DNA from: Octopus vulgaris
Taxonomy: Eukaryota
DNA: 64,000 nucleotides
Reading direction: 5' to 3'
NCBI GenBank assembly: GCA_951406725.2
Contig: OX597824.1
Location: forward strand, 21,886,001-21,950,000
Positions 1 through 11,500 of the stretch are shown piece after piece (the stretch's first letter is position 1; each line of letters opens with the position of its first letter). The translations under genes were made by a program, and so were the position numbers. Below the pieces are notes generated by a model. The model ran no database searches and had not been told where the DNA came from. It saw only the letters and a list, made by a program, of their open reading frames with translations.

Positions 1-197
1 CTCAGTATAATTAGTATTTTTGTCTCTTATTTAGATTTTCTAACTAGCTACTTTGCTTACCATTTAATTGTTTATCGTAAATGATTCTGTTTATCGTAAA
101 CGATTCATTATCATTCAATATGATTAGCCAGATCTGGATGATATCAGAGTGCTAATAAGGTACCTGGCTGGATTCCTAATCCTTATTCCTTTATACT

Positions 198-212
198 ATA
201 TGTATGTATATA

Positions 213-292
<80 letters not shown>
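198..292. repeat. (TA)n microsatellite
   Basis: Direct dinucleotide run; explains the YIYI ORF at 149-349. Confidence 0.95.
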
Positions 293-607
293 CAAGTGGT
301 GATGTGCTGTAGATCAGCACTGGTTATAAGACAGCAACACAGCTTATAATATTGCCTTCAGTTAATTTATCAGACAAGACAATACAGTGTCTAAGAAACT
401 ATTTTCAATTTAATTTCTTTTTCAGAAAATTCATGAAAATTAGTAGTAAACATTAACCATTCAAAACAACACAGACAGCACAAACCTTACAAGTTGCATT
501 TCTCATATATAATAACTTCATTATACACACACAAACGTGCGTGTGTGTGAGTGTGTGTGTGTGTGTATACCCTTGTCTAGACATTACGTGATCATTGTAC
601 ACAAGCT

Positions 608-1097
608 GGTGCAGGCGTGGTTGTGTGGTAAGAAGCTGACTTCTCAACCACATAGTCCCAGGTTCAGTTCTACTGCAGGGTATGCGTCTTCTACTATAGC
701 CTTGGGCCAACCAAGACTTTGTGAGATTTGGTAGATAGAAACTGAAAGAAGTTCATCACATATGTATGAGTGTGTGTGTGTGTGTGTATATATATGTATT
801 TATAAATTAAATTAGAGATAAAATTTTTTATCTCTAATTTAATTTATATTTATACTGTAAAGTTAGATTTAATCCTAAATCTAATTTTTCCCTGTAAGTT
901 TGGATTTACTCCCTAATAATATCATTATATATATATGTATGTATGTATGTGTGTGTATATATATGCGTGTGTGTGTGTGTATGTGTCTGTCTGTATTTGT
1001 CCCCTACCATTGCTTGACAACTGGTGTTGGTGTGTTTATGTTCCCATAACCTAGCGGTTCGGCAAAGAGACTGATAGAATAAGTACCAAGCTTAAAG
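608..1097 (+). mobile_element. tRNA-derived SINE, family A (interrupted, 3' truncated)
   Basis: Head GCAGGCGTGGTTGTGTGGTAAG...GGTTCAGTTC (A/B-box-like), body ...GAAACTGAAAGAAG, internal (TG/TA)n, then TTGACAACTGGTGTTGGTGTGTTTATG; homologous to more than 15 copies in the window. Confidence 0.85.
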
Positions 1098-1101
1098 AAA
1101 A

Positions 1102-1249
1102 GGCAGAAGTTCGTCATTACCTTCTGCCGGAGCCACATGGAGCTAAGGTGTTTCACTCATAAACACACACATCACCCAGTCTGAGATTTGAAACCGTGAT
1201 CTCTTGACTGCAAGTCTGCTGCTCTAACCACTAGGCCATGTGCCTCCAC
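1102..1249 (-). mobile_element. tRNA-derived SINE, family C variant, inserted at the truncated end of the family A copy
   Basis: Minus strand GGAGGCACATGGCCTAGTGGTTAGAGC...GGTTTCAAATC gives a tRNA-like A/B box head. Confidence 0.7.
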
Positions 1250-1282
1250 CAACACAACATTGGTGAACAAATATTTTTTAAA

Positions 1283-1517
1283 GTGATATCATGTTGTCAA
1301 CTTAATGTGACAGTCCCATGAAAGGGAAGAATGCTACTGTTATTTAGCCCTAGGAAACACTGTTTCCTGTTGGACTTGACGCATTTCCTGTGTCCTTATG
1401 TTTTCAAAGTGGAGACAAGCACCTCCACCCAGCAAAACAAGCATCCAGAGACTAGTTTCAGAGTCATTGCTCATCATCAGTTTGGAGTATCACATTAAGT
1501 TGACAACATGCCATCAC
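1283..1517. mobile_element. Short element bounded by ~28-bp inverted repeats and carrying a hammerhead motif (Penelope-like end or MITE-like)
   Basis: GTGATATCATGTTGTCAACTTAATGTGA (1283-1310) versus TCACATTAAGTTGACAACATGCCATCAC (1490-1517). Confidence 0.6.
1444..1486 (-). ncRNA. Minimal type-I hammerhead ribozyme
   Basis: Minus strand: TCCAAA-CTGATGA-TGAGCAATGACTCT-GAAA-CTAG-TC-TCTGGA. Intact core, stem II GAG/CTC, palindromic stem III ACTAGT, GUC cleavage triplet, stem I with one mismatch. Confidence 0.8.
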
Positions 1518-1721
1518 ATTATCATGCTGCTACTGCATAAATATCTCTGAGAGATTAAGAAATATATTATTTCTAAATATCTTTTATTTGTGGCTTAAGA
1601 AGGTTACCAATGGTTTCATGTTAAGAGGGATCACTTTACAATTTTCAAATACGTCACATAGGAACATTGGTACTTGTCTTCATTTACATGAAACCATTGT
1701 TAACTCAAAAATTAAGTATAT

Positions 1722-2140
1722 ATCATCATGATCATCATTTAATGTCTGTTTTCTATGCTGGTATGGGTTGGATGGTTTGATTGAAAACTGGTAAGCTGAA
1801 AGGCAACACCAGGTTCCATTCTGATTTAGCATGGTTTTTATGGCTGGATGCCCTTCCTAATGCCAACCACTCCAAGAGTGTAGTGGATGCTTTTTACGTG
1901 CCACTGGCACAGGTGCCAGTTATGAGACAGCGGCATCGGCCATGACTATGATCTTACTTGGCTTGACAGGTCTTCTCAAGCACAGTATATCGCCAAAGGG
2001 CCCGCTCACTCGTCACTGCCTCCACAAGGCCCAAAATTTGAAGGGTGCTTTTTACGTGCCACTGGTACCAGGTGTGCAACACTGGTATTAGCCACAACTA
2101 CGATTTCACTTGGCTTGATGGGTCTTCTCAACCGTAGCAT
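1722..2140 (-). mobile_element. SINE-like repeat, family D ((GAT)n tail)
   Basis: Minus strand has two GTGGCACGTAAAAAGCA units, then GGAGTGGTTGGCATTAGGAAGGGCATCCAGCC and a GAT-repeat tail. Confidence 0.8.
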
Positions 2141-2158
2141 ACATATATATATATATAT

Positions 2159-2193
<35 letters not shown>

Positions 2194-3019
2194 TACAGAG
2201 GAAGAGAAACCAAAAAAAAAAAAAGAGAAAAACAGAAGAAAAGTAAAGGAGAATATAAAACAACAACAACACACACACAAACAAAGTGAGACTAATTGTT
2301 TTATTTAATATCTAATTGCTATGAAAGTGAATTTTTCAGTCGAGAAATTTCTAGCCATGCCTTTAAGGCAATCATAGTCAGTCATATAAATAGGCTGACT
2401 GGTAGTGATGGTGGTGGTTGTTGTTGTTATTGTTGTTGTTGTTGTCAAAATATTTTTTAACAGCCAAAGAAAAGAAATGAAATTATAAAGGTGGTGGTGG
2501 TGGTGGTGGTGAATTTAAACATTATAAAGAAGACTTCACTAGAATTAAAACAAAATATAAAATGGGAGTATGGGGACGGGTGAGAAAGAAGGATGATAGG
2601 GTGGGGGTAAACGAGGTAAATTTGTGTTTGTCAGTCAGCCAACACAATACTGTGCACTGTTAGAAGGGATCTGAGGAAGTTCTTTGACACATAATAATGG
2701 TAGGGGAGGACCTTACTTCATTTTTAAGATAAAGAATTTGAAGACAGGAAGTACCACAGCTGAGTAAATATGGTAGGGGAACTGAGGGTGTCACTAGAGA
2801 CTTTTTAATCCCTCTACCCCCTATCTGACAAGCAGTGGTGATTTGGAGGAGGGTTACAGCAAATCTACTTACATATGGAAAGGTAGTGTAGGGTATGTTG
2901 TCACACCAATCTTTGGTACATAATTAGTGTACAGTATTTGACTGGGTTTGTGTTGGGTACCCAGGCTATTCCACTTATATAATAGTCAATATATTGATGT
3001 TTCTGATCTTTATGCATAA

Positions 3020-3311
3020 ACGAAAAGGGGGAGGAGGAAAGGGGCGGGATAAGGGGAGGAGGTAAAGGAGAAAAGAGAGAGAGAGAGAGAGAGACGGAAG
3101 AGAGGAGCAGTGAGAGAAAGATTAAAGGGGTGGAAGGCATGAAAAGCATAAGAGGAAGTGAAGGTGTGGAAGAGAAGGGAAGGGAGACTGAGGGAAGAGA
3201 AGATAGGAAAGAGAGAGAGAAGGAAGGAGAGAGGGGAAGGAAGGGCAGGGGGAGAAGTGAAGGTAAGAGGAGAGAGGGAGGAGAGAAGGTGAGGGAGAGA
3301 GAGAGAAGAGA
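3020..3311. repeat. Polypurine (GA-rich) low-complexity tract
   Basis: GAGA/GGAA runs; explains ORFs 2901-3365 and 3130-3402. Confidence 0.9.
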
Positions 3312-3813
3312 GTGTGTAAATGTGCAGAAAACCCGACTAGGGAAGAATTTTAAAATCATCAGCACTTTTAGACAATTCCTTGAAAAGTATCAAAAGATAT
3401 GAAAGACAATATTTAGGGAATTTGTCAAAGTGGTTCTTTAATAAAGATCAACAATTGGTAGCTGAAAGGAAATGATGTTCAAAGAATTAAAATCTCAACA
3501 TTAATGGTGAAAAAAAAAAAAAAATAGGGCACAGTTTTTCTTTTTGCTTTCAAAAAGTTTAATCAAAACGAATGGGGTTGCACTCCATAACCCTTTGTAG
3601 GGGTGGGATGGGGGGACACAGTGAGGAGTGACTCCTAGACTGGTGCACTCGGTGTATAGTTTAGTCATCTGCATGCAAGTCAGCAACTGCAAAGAAAAGT
3701 CTCGGGAGGAAATAATAGCTTTTTCAGTTCCCTTGGGTGGGGAGATAACAATACAAAATGTATGGTGCTTTGCAGTTTGTAGTCAGCATTTGTGTTAAGT
3801 GTGAAATACAGGG

Positions 3814-3847
<34 letters not shown>

Positions 3848-3851
<4 letters not shown>

Positions 3852-3992
3852 TCATCATCATCATCATCATCATCATTTAGCATCCGTTTTCCATGCTAGC
3901 ATGGGTTGGACGGTTCTACTGGGGTCTGTGAAGCCAGAAGGCTTCATCAGGCCCAGTCAAATCTGGCAGTGTTTCTACGGCTGGATGCCCTT
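3848..3992 (-). mobile_element. Family D 3' fragment
   Basis: (ATC)n followed by TTTCCATGCTAGCATGGGTTGGACGG...GCTGGATGCCCTTC. Confidence 0.75.
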
Positions 3993-3993
3993 C

Positions 3994-4034
<41 letters not shown>

Positions 4035-4037
<3 letters not shown>

Positions 4038-4360
4038 CTATAAAATAATATGTTACAATTACTCAATAGTCAAGATAAAACTCTGAGTTCAGATGCCGAA
4101 ATTTTAATCTTATTTTATATAAGTAGCAGAAATATAACACAGTAATTTCCCTTTATATAACGGTATTTTTTCATAGCGTTTTTTCAGATGGGCAGATAAC
4201 CGAAGAGATGGTGTTGTGGATTTCCACTTCGGCATCTGAAACTCAGAGTTTTATCTTGACTATTGAGTAATTGTAACATATTATTTTATAGATAAATTTC
4301 CTCTATTTACATAATATTGAGGTCTCTTTTTTTCTTTTGTTATCTTACCGTTTTTACCAA
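4035..4360 (+). mobile_element. Penelope-like element terminal fragment with 66-bp inverted duplication, between (TA)n tracts
   Basis: 4035-4100 is the reverse complement of 4228-4294 (1-nt indel); contains a hammerhead motif; flanked by (TA)n on both sides. Confidence 0.65.
4194..4256 (+). ncRNA. Type-I hammerhead-like ribozyme, CCGAAGA core variant
   Basis: AGATAA-CCGAAGA-GATG...GTGGATTTCCAC...CATCT-GAAA-CTCAGAG-TT-TTATCT. Perfect 6-bp stem I, extended stem II, near-palindromic stem III, GUU triplet. Confidence 0.65.
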
Positions 4361-4385
4361 TATATATATATATATATATTTATAC

Positions 4386-4778
4386 ACTCTTTTACTTGTT
4401 TCAATCATTTGGCTGCAGCTATGCTGAAGCACCACCTTTAGTTGAGCAAATCGACCCCAGGACTTATTCTTTGTAAGCCTAGCACTTATTCTATCGGTCT
4501 CTTTTGCCGATCCGCTAAGCTACGGGGACGTAAACACACCAGCATCAGTTGTCAAGCGATGTTGGGGGGACAAACACAGACAACAAACACACACACACAC
4601 ACACATATATACATATATACGATGGGCTGCTTTCAGTTTCCGTCTACCAAATCCACTCACAAGGTTTTGGTCAGCCCGAGGCTATAGCAGAAGACACTTG
4701 CCCAAGGTGCCATGCAGTGGGACTGAACCCAGAACCATGTGGTTCATGAGCAAGCCACTTACCACACAGCCACTCCTA
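4386..4778 (-). mobile_element. SINE family A, near full length
   Basis: Minus strand AGGAGTGGCTGTGTGGTAAGT...GGGTTCAGTCCCACT head, internal microsatellite, tail ...GAAACAAGTAAAAGAGT. Confidence 0.9.
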
Positions 4779-5397
4779 TATATACGTATATATATATATA
4801 TCAAAATAAGCAACAAGTATATCCATAGGTAATGCAGTACGATCATCTCATGCAATTTCATTCAATCAAACAATGTAATCATTACATCAATTTAAAATGT
4901 AGAGCAATCTTCAGCTGCACAAAGACATATAATTTAATTAAATTAGAACGGATGGACACATTAGTATAATTATACCTAAAATCTCCAAGAAGCTAAGGAG
5001 ATAGACAAAGAACATGTCTCTACTTCAGCATAGAAGTTACTAAAATTATGAAGACTCTGCCTGCCACTGATTTTTTGTCTTTATAGGGTCAGCTTTAATT
5101 TATAGATTAGTTTATCAAATCCCTTGTATATCTAAGGCTCAAAGAACAGAGGGCTGTATCTGTTAGGGATAGGGCTGAGGGAGAAGACAGACATTCTAGC
5201 TGGTATAGTTATAAAAAATCAAGATTTATTATAAGCAATATCATGAGGTTTAGTAAGGGAAAACTTAAAACAAGATGTTGGCTGATAACATCTAAAAAGA
5301 ATCTATTAGATATCAATTTGAAAATCAAGGAAGTTATGATAGAATATGACTTAGCAGACCAAATGGAACCACTAACACCAAGTGATCCTAGGATTAA

Positions 5398-5801
5398 CCT
5401 TTTTCTTTACTACCCACAAAGGGTTAAACACAGAGAGGACAAACAAGGACAGACAAACGGATTAAGTCAATTATATCGACCTCAGTGCGTAACTGGTACT
5501 TATTTAATCGACCCCGAAAGGATGAAAGGTAAAGTCGACCTCGGCGGAATTTGAACTCAGAATGTAGCGGCAGACGAAATACCTATTTCTTTACTAGCCA
5601 CAAGGGGCTAAACACAGAGAGGACAGACAAATGGATTAAGTCGATTATATCGACCCCAGTGCGTAACTGGTACTTATTTAATCGACCCCGAAAGGATGAA
5701 AGGCAAAGTCGACCTCGGCGGAATTTGAACTCAGAACGTAACGGCAGATGAAATACCGCTAAGCATTTCGTCCGGTTTGCTAACATATCTGCCAGCTCAC
5801 C
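5398..5801 (-). mobile_element. SINE family B concatemer (head plus two ~184-bp units)
   Basis: Unit starts at 5398 and 5582; head GAGCTGGCAGA...GTTAGCA at the right end; B box GAGTTCAAATTCC. Confidence 0.9.
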
Positions 5802-6116
5802 AACCTGAAAGACCACAAGTGCATGTGTGTTGTGGTTTTGTATCTCTATTTCTCTCCTCACACTACTTACATCCAAGTAACTTAGTAGCTTGACAAAAAA
5901 AAAAACAACAAAAAAAACAACAAAAAACAAAATAAAAATGTAGCAGTACTCAAACAGAAAGTACTGCGGTTGATTTGTTCAACTAAACCTGCTCAGGGTG
6001 GTGCCTCAGGATGGTCACAGTTCAATGACTGACACATGTAAAGGACAAAAAGATATATATGGCACAGGAAACTCACCTGAAGTTGAAAAACCATACAAAG
6101 TTAATGCACAGCTTAT

Positions 6117-6768
6117 TTAAACTTTTAGTGTTAGTTATTTATTCATGTTCCTTTCAATTAATCATGCATTACCTTGTAACTTCTAGAAAGCAGTGAGCTG
6201 GTAGAAACATTAGCCCGCTGGGTGAAATGTTGAGCGGTATTTCATCTGTCTTTACGTTTTGAGTTCAAATTCTGCCGAGGTCAACTTTGCCTTTCATCTT
6301 TTCGGGGTAGATAAATTAAGTACTAGTTGCATACTGGGGTCAATCTAATCGACTGCCTCCACCCCCTCCGAAATTTCAGGCCTTGTGCCTAAAGTAGAAA
6401 AGAATATTTAAGGTGGCGAGCTGGCAATAATGTTAGCACGCCGGGCAAAATGCTTAGCAGTATTTCATCTGTCTTTACATTCTGAATTCAAATTCCGCCA
6501 AGGCTGACTTTGCCTTTCATCCTTTCAGGGTTGATAAGTTAAGTACCAGTTGCGTACTGGGGTTGATCTAATTGACTGACCCCCTCCCCCAAAATTTCGG
6601 GCCTTGTGCCCAGAGTAGAAAAAGTTATCTTGTAACTTAAAGATTGCAATGGTGTTTGTATATCTTTAGAATGACATTGTAGGGTAGGTGTGAGAGGTTA
6701 GATCAGGTCAGTCTTTTAAACATAAAACAGGTAGAATATTTGGAACATATATGGCCAGATTAAATGGA
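6117..6768 (-). mobile_element. piggyBac-type MITE (type 2) split by a SINE dimer
   Basis: Segments 6117-6187 and 6625-6768 match the reverse complement of 33939-34156 (e.g. AATGACATTGTAGGGTAGGTGTGAGAGG). Confidence 0.65.
6188..6624 (+). mobile_element. Head-to-tail dimer of SINE family B, subtype B2
   Basis: Two full copies (starts ~6188 and ~6410) ending GCCTTGTGCC.A.AGTAGAAAA; flanking TSD TTACCTTGTAACTT / TTATCTTGTAACTT. Confidence 0.85.
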
Positions 6769-7419
6769 GAATATAAAAAAATTTAAAGGAACAGTTTAGT
6801 TGTAACATTTTTTTGTAAATTAAAATATAAATTATAACAATGTGATAGGGAGGTAGGTGAAAAACGAAGGTGTGAGAGTGGAAACAGAGATGAGTGACAG
6901 AGACAGACAGACAGATGGATAACCGGCCCAGACCTATTATATTTAATGAAACCTCTGGTGGAGCAAAAGGTTGCCAAAGAGGTCAAAATTCAATAACTAT
7001 AACAAGAATAGGAGAGGAATCAGAACAGATTTGATGATTTGATCAGTGAATCAAGACCTCAAGTTCATTAAAGCAAGGGAAGATATGGTAATAAAAACAT
7101 GGAAAGATATTTATAGATGACTGATTGACTGACCATTGATTTTGCTGGCTGGCTGGTTTGGTGGGTGGATGGTTCAAACACGCCCCCCCCCCCCCGGCTT
7201 CTTCTACACCTCTTTGTTTTCGCCATTATAAATTGTACACATGTTAACATTAAAGAGGTGATACACTTCTCTCAAAGATGTCTGCATTTTCACCGATTCA
7301 TACGACCATACTATATTGCAATATATATATACACACCAACATTTGGTTTTGATTTTCATTGACAGATACATGACTACGCGCATGCACACACACAAACACC
7401 CCCCACACACACACACACA

Positions 7420-7757
7420 AACACATGCACTAACACACATACATACACTGTACCATTCAGTTCGAATTTCCGCAGACAGACAGACAGATACACATACGCG
7501 TGCGCGCACACATACACACATACAAACACATGTACTAACACACATACACACACTGTACCATTCAGTTCCACAGACAGACAGATATACACACACACACACA
7601 CACACAAACACATGCACTAACACATACACACACACTGTACCATTCAGTTCGAATTTCCACAGACAGACAGACAGACACCCACACACACACAAACACATGC
7701 ACTAACTCACATACACACACTGTACAATTCAGTTCGAATTTCCGCAGACAGACACAC
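7420..7757. repeat. Compound minisatellite, 4 units
   Basis: Repeated ACACTGTACCATTCAGTTCGAATTTCCGCAGACAGAC core separated by variable (CA)n. Confidence 0.85.
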
Positions 7758-9602
7758 CTTTGCAATTCAGCATACATGTTTATTTAGTCCCAATTTCCAC
7801 TAACACAAACACACATACACACACACATGAGCAGACACACATCTTTGCAATTCAACACACATCATTATTTTGTCCTGATTTCCACAGGCATACACTTACA
7901 TACACAAACATCCTTGCTACTTCAACACACACACATACACACACACACATACACACACAAAGTTATTCACCCATGATATCAACTGACACCCACGCATCCT
8001 TGCTTATTTAACAAACCCCCCCCCCCATCATCATCACCATCACTCCCATCCACCAATCAATGGCAATAATTTGATCTTTAAAAAATTTTTTTTCCCCCAA
8101 GTCAAAATTTATTCTGTTTATGACGCAGCACATTTATATCATAGTTATTTAATAAAAACATATAGACAAAATCAATTTTGAAAATATAAAATATATATAT
8201 ATATATATATATATAAAAAAAACCACCCCCAAATATATATATATATATATATATTAAAAAAAACCACCCCCAAAAAGAAAAGAGAAACCAATTCCATAGG
8301 TTGCTGTTATTGCTGTAATCTAGCAGTGTCAAAATAATTTCAGATAAAACTTAGTTTCCATTAATTCTTATCACACACAAAAAAAAAAAAAAAAAACCAA
8401 ACCATTTAAAGACAACGTATTCTGTCCATATTACTACCTCCTCAACAATCGGCTTAAAATATAACGATTGTGTGGACAAATCAGTAAAAAAAAAAAAAAA
8501 AAAAACAAGTTAGAAATCTGTCTATGGCTGACTTTGCTAAATCATTTACGTTTTTTCTGTTTTGTTTTTATGTTAATAATAAGTCAATGGCTGATTTATT
8601 GAGACTGGTTCGTTGCTAATGCTGCTGAAACAACAAAAAAAAAAGAAGCTGACATTCCACTTGCATCACCACCACGACCACCACCACTAGCAACAACAAG
8701 AGCACTGTTCGTATTCCTGTTCCCTCCACCCAGTCCTGACCTATCTTTCCGCAGCCAGAAAGGCAACGTCTTTCGTATTCATTCCAAGTTTTTCAATGAA
8801 AACAACAAAATTATATTTTCTTTGAGAATTAAGACCAAGATTTTAATCGAAGGAAAATAACATTTTCTTAGCATTTGGCAGAAAGAAAAAAGGGACATGT
8901 AGAAAATATTTCAACACAATTTCGTAGCTGACTTTCAAATAAGACAGCAGATAATTTTACTATTGAACAAATATCAAAGAGAGAAAGGAAAAAAAAAAAA
9001 AAAAAAAAAAAAATAATAATAATAATAAATCTAGAAGGAAAAGGAAAGGAAAGACAAAAACAAGCGAAGTATTCTACCACAATAAGGTTATATTTCTCTT
9101 CCATCAGCAGAGCAATAAATTGCTGTTATCAATACGGAGAGAAGACAGGAGATTATTCATGTTGTTATCACACAACAATATTGGAACCTTATTTCTGCAG
9201 ATCAATTAAACTGAAAGGCAAATGTTTATCTGTGTAGTATGTATATTGTGTAGTGAAGCACATTGCTGGTTGTGGCTCTTGCTTTTGTCTGGAGAAGCTG
9301 AACTGTTCAGATAGGAGATCTTTTGTAGCCAACTTCAGCTACTTTTTTTGGCTCAAGGCCATTTATAATTGGAAGTATTTAACCTTTTTACATTACTGGT
9401 ATATGCTTTATCAAACCAATGCATACTACAAACACAACCTTGTTACTTTAACACACACTGTTATTCAGTTATGATATCAATCAACACCCACACATCATTG
9501 CTGTTTAATGTACACTACCGTTATTCATATTCTTTAATCAATGGTAATAATTTGATATTTAAGCTTACTGATAAAAATAAAATGCTAATCCAGTGGAAGC
9601 CA

Positions 9603-9818
9603 TACTCTTTACTCTTTTACTTGTTTCAGTCACTTGACTGTGGCCATGCTGGGGCATCACCTTTAGTCGAGGAAATTGACCCTGGGACTTATTCTTTGTA
9701 AGCCTAGTACTTATTCTATCAGTCTCTTTTGCTAAACCGCTAAGTTACGGGGATGTAAACACACCAGCATCGGTTGTCAAGCGATGTTGGGCGGACAAAC
9801 ACAGACACACAAACACAC

Positions 9819-9849
<31 letters not shown>

Positions 9850-10014
9850 CACGACGGACTTCTTTCAGTTTCCGTCAACCAAATCCACTCACAAGGCTTT
9901 GGTCGGCCCAAGGCTATAGTAGAAGACACTTGCCCAAGGTGCCACATAGTGGGACTGAACCCTGAACCATGTGGTCGGTAAGCGAGCTACTTACCACACA
10001 GCCACTCCTACGCC
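9603..10014 (-). mobile_element. SINE family A, full length
   Basis: Head GGCGTAGGAGTGGCTGTGTGGTAAG, B box GGTTCAGTCCC, tail (AAAGAGT)n. Confidence 0.9.
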
Positions 10015-10520
10015 CATGTTAAAATTTCTATAATATTGCTATCATCGAGAACAATGTCTCCTCCACCATTCATTTTTGGTACCATTGTAATAGTCACTGA
10101 CACAACCAACTCCTTTTCAAAAATTTTGTGCAATGTCATCGATATTATCTGTAGTCAAAATAGTTTCTTAATTAATGAATAATGATTTTCATTTTATGGA
10201 CTCCATTAGACAGAGTTCATGGATCCTTGAGAGTCAATAGAGTCCAGATATGGATCAATTAATTTTGAATATTCCATACAATTTTGTGGTAGCATGCAAT
10301 CTATAGTAACATTTAATCATTTGTGGATTAAGTGCTGAAGTCCTATTTGAATAATTTTATATGATTTGAAGCATGTGTTTTAACAAGACCAATGTACTGA
10401 AAGAAATGGCATATATTTCCAAGATTCCTCAAAATAAATTTAAAGAGAATTCCCTCAGGAGACTACTTATACAATGTGAACAGCCGGGTTTGACTTAATA
10501 ACATCCGGATTAAAACAGAA

Positions 10521-10857
10521 TGAAGGCGCATGGCTCAGTGGTTAGAGCGTTGAGTTTACGGTCGTGAGGCTGTGAGCTCGAATCCCAGACCAGGCTGCGT
10601 GTTGTGTTCTTGAGCAAGACACTTTATTTCACGTTGCTCCAGTTCACTCAGCTGTAGAAATGAGTTGTGACATCACAGGTGCCAACCTGTATCGGCCCCT
10701 TTGCCTTTCCCTTGGATAACATCAGTAGTATGGAGAGGGGAGGCTGGTATGCATGGGTGATGCTGGTTTCCATAAACAACCTTGCCCGGACTTGTGCCTG
10801 GGAAGGTAACTTTCTAGGTGCAATCCCATGGTCTGTGTCGTGACCGAAGGGGGTCTC
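10521..10857 (+). mobile_element. tRNA-derived CORE-like SINE, family C1
   Basis: GGCGCATGGCTCAGTGGTTAGAGC...GCTCGAATCCC head, CORE-like TGTGTTCTTGAGCAAGACACTT...CAGCTGTAGAAATGAG; TSD AAAACAGAA/AAAATAGAA. Confidence 0.85.
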
Positions 10858-10921
10858 AGAAAATAGAAGTCTTGGAGGTACAGGTATAGGTGTAGATGTT
10901 TTAGGTACAGGTGTAGATGTT

Positions 10922-11268
10922 TTGGGTTCAGTTTCACAATGTGGCACTTTGGGCAAGTGTCTTCTACTACAGCCCTGAGCTGACCAAAGCCATGTCAGTG
11001 GATTTGGGAGAAGGAAACTGAAAAGAATCCCTTCAAATATGTGTGTGTGTATGGGGGTGTGCGGTGTTTATATCTCCTTCTGTTCACATTGTTTAGTAGT
11101 TGTAAATGAGTGTCACTGTTATACAAGTGTTGCCATTCATTTCCAGTATTCCGCAAGAACATGTCTGGTCATCTTGCTTGGAAATAAGTGAAGGTTGGTG
11201 GCAGGAAGGACATCTGGCCAGAGAAAATCTAGTGGACATTCAAACAAAGATGACGATGATAATGATGA
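10922..11268 (+). mobile_element. Chimeric SINE: family A 5' half, (TG)n, then D-like 3' module
   Basis: GGGTTCAGT...GGAAACTGAAAAGAA then GGTTGGTGGCAGGAAGGACATCTGGCC and a GAT tail. Confidence 0.65.
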
Positions 11269-11500
11269 TCGTGTAATGTCCATTTTCCATGCTAGCATGG
11301 GTTGGACAGTTCGACCAGGGTCTGTGAAGCCAGGATGCTGCACCAGGCTCCAGTCTGATCTGGCAGTGTTTCTACAGCTGGATGCCTTCCTAATGCCAGC
11401 CACTCCATGAGTTTAGTGGGTGCTTTTTACGTGCCACCGGCACAGAGGCAAGAGGAGGCTGGCAAACGGCCACGATCGGTTGGTGCTTTTTACATGCCAA
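11268..11500 (-). mobile_element. Family D copy, tail-to-tail with the previous element
   Basis: TTTCCATGCTAGCATGGGTTGGAC...CTGGATGCCTTCCTAATGCC...TTTTTACGTGCCACCGGCAC. Confidence 0.8.

Noticed and set aside
4880-4917. Possible decayed hammerhead (minus-strand CTGAAGA...AAATTGATGTA)
   Set aside because: GAAA and stem II are broken; the context next to (TA)n is suggestive but insufficient.
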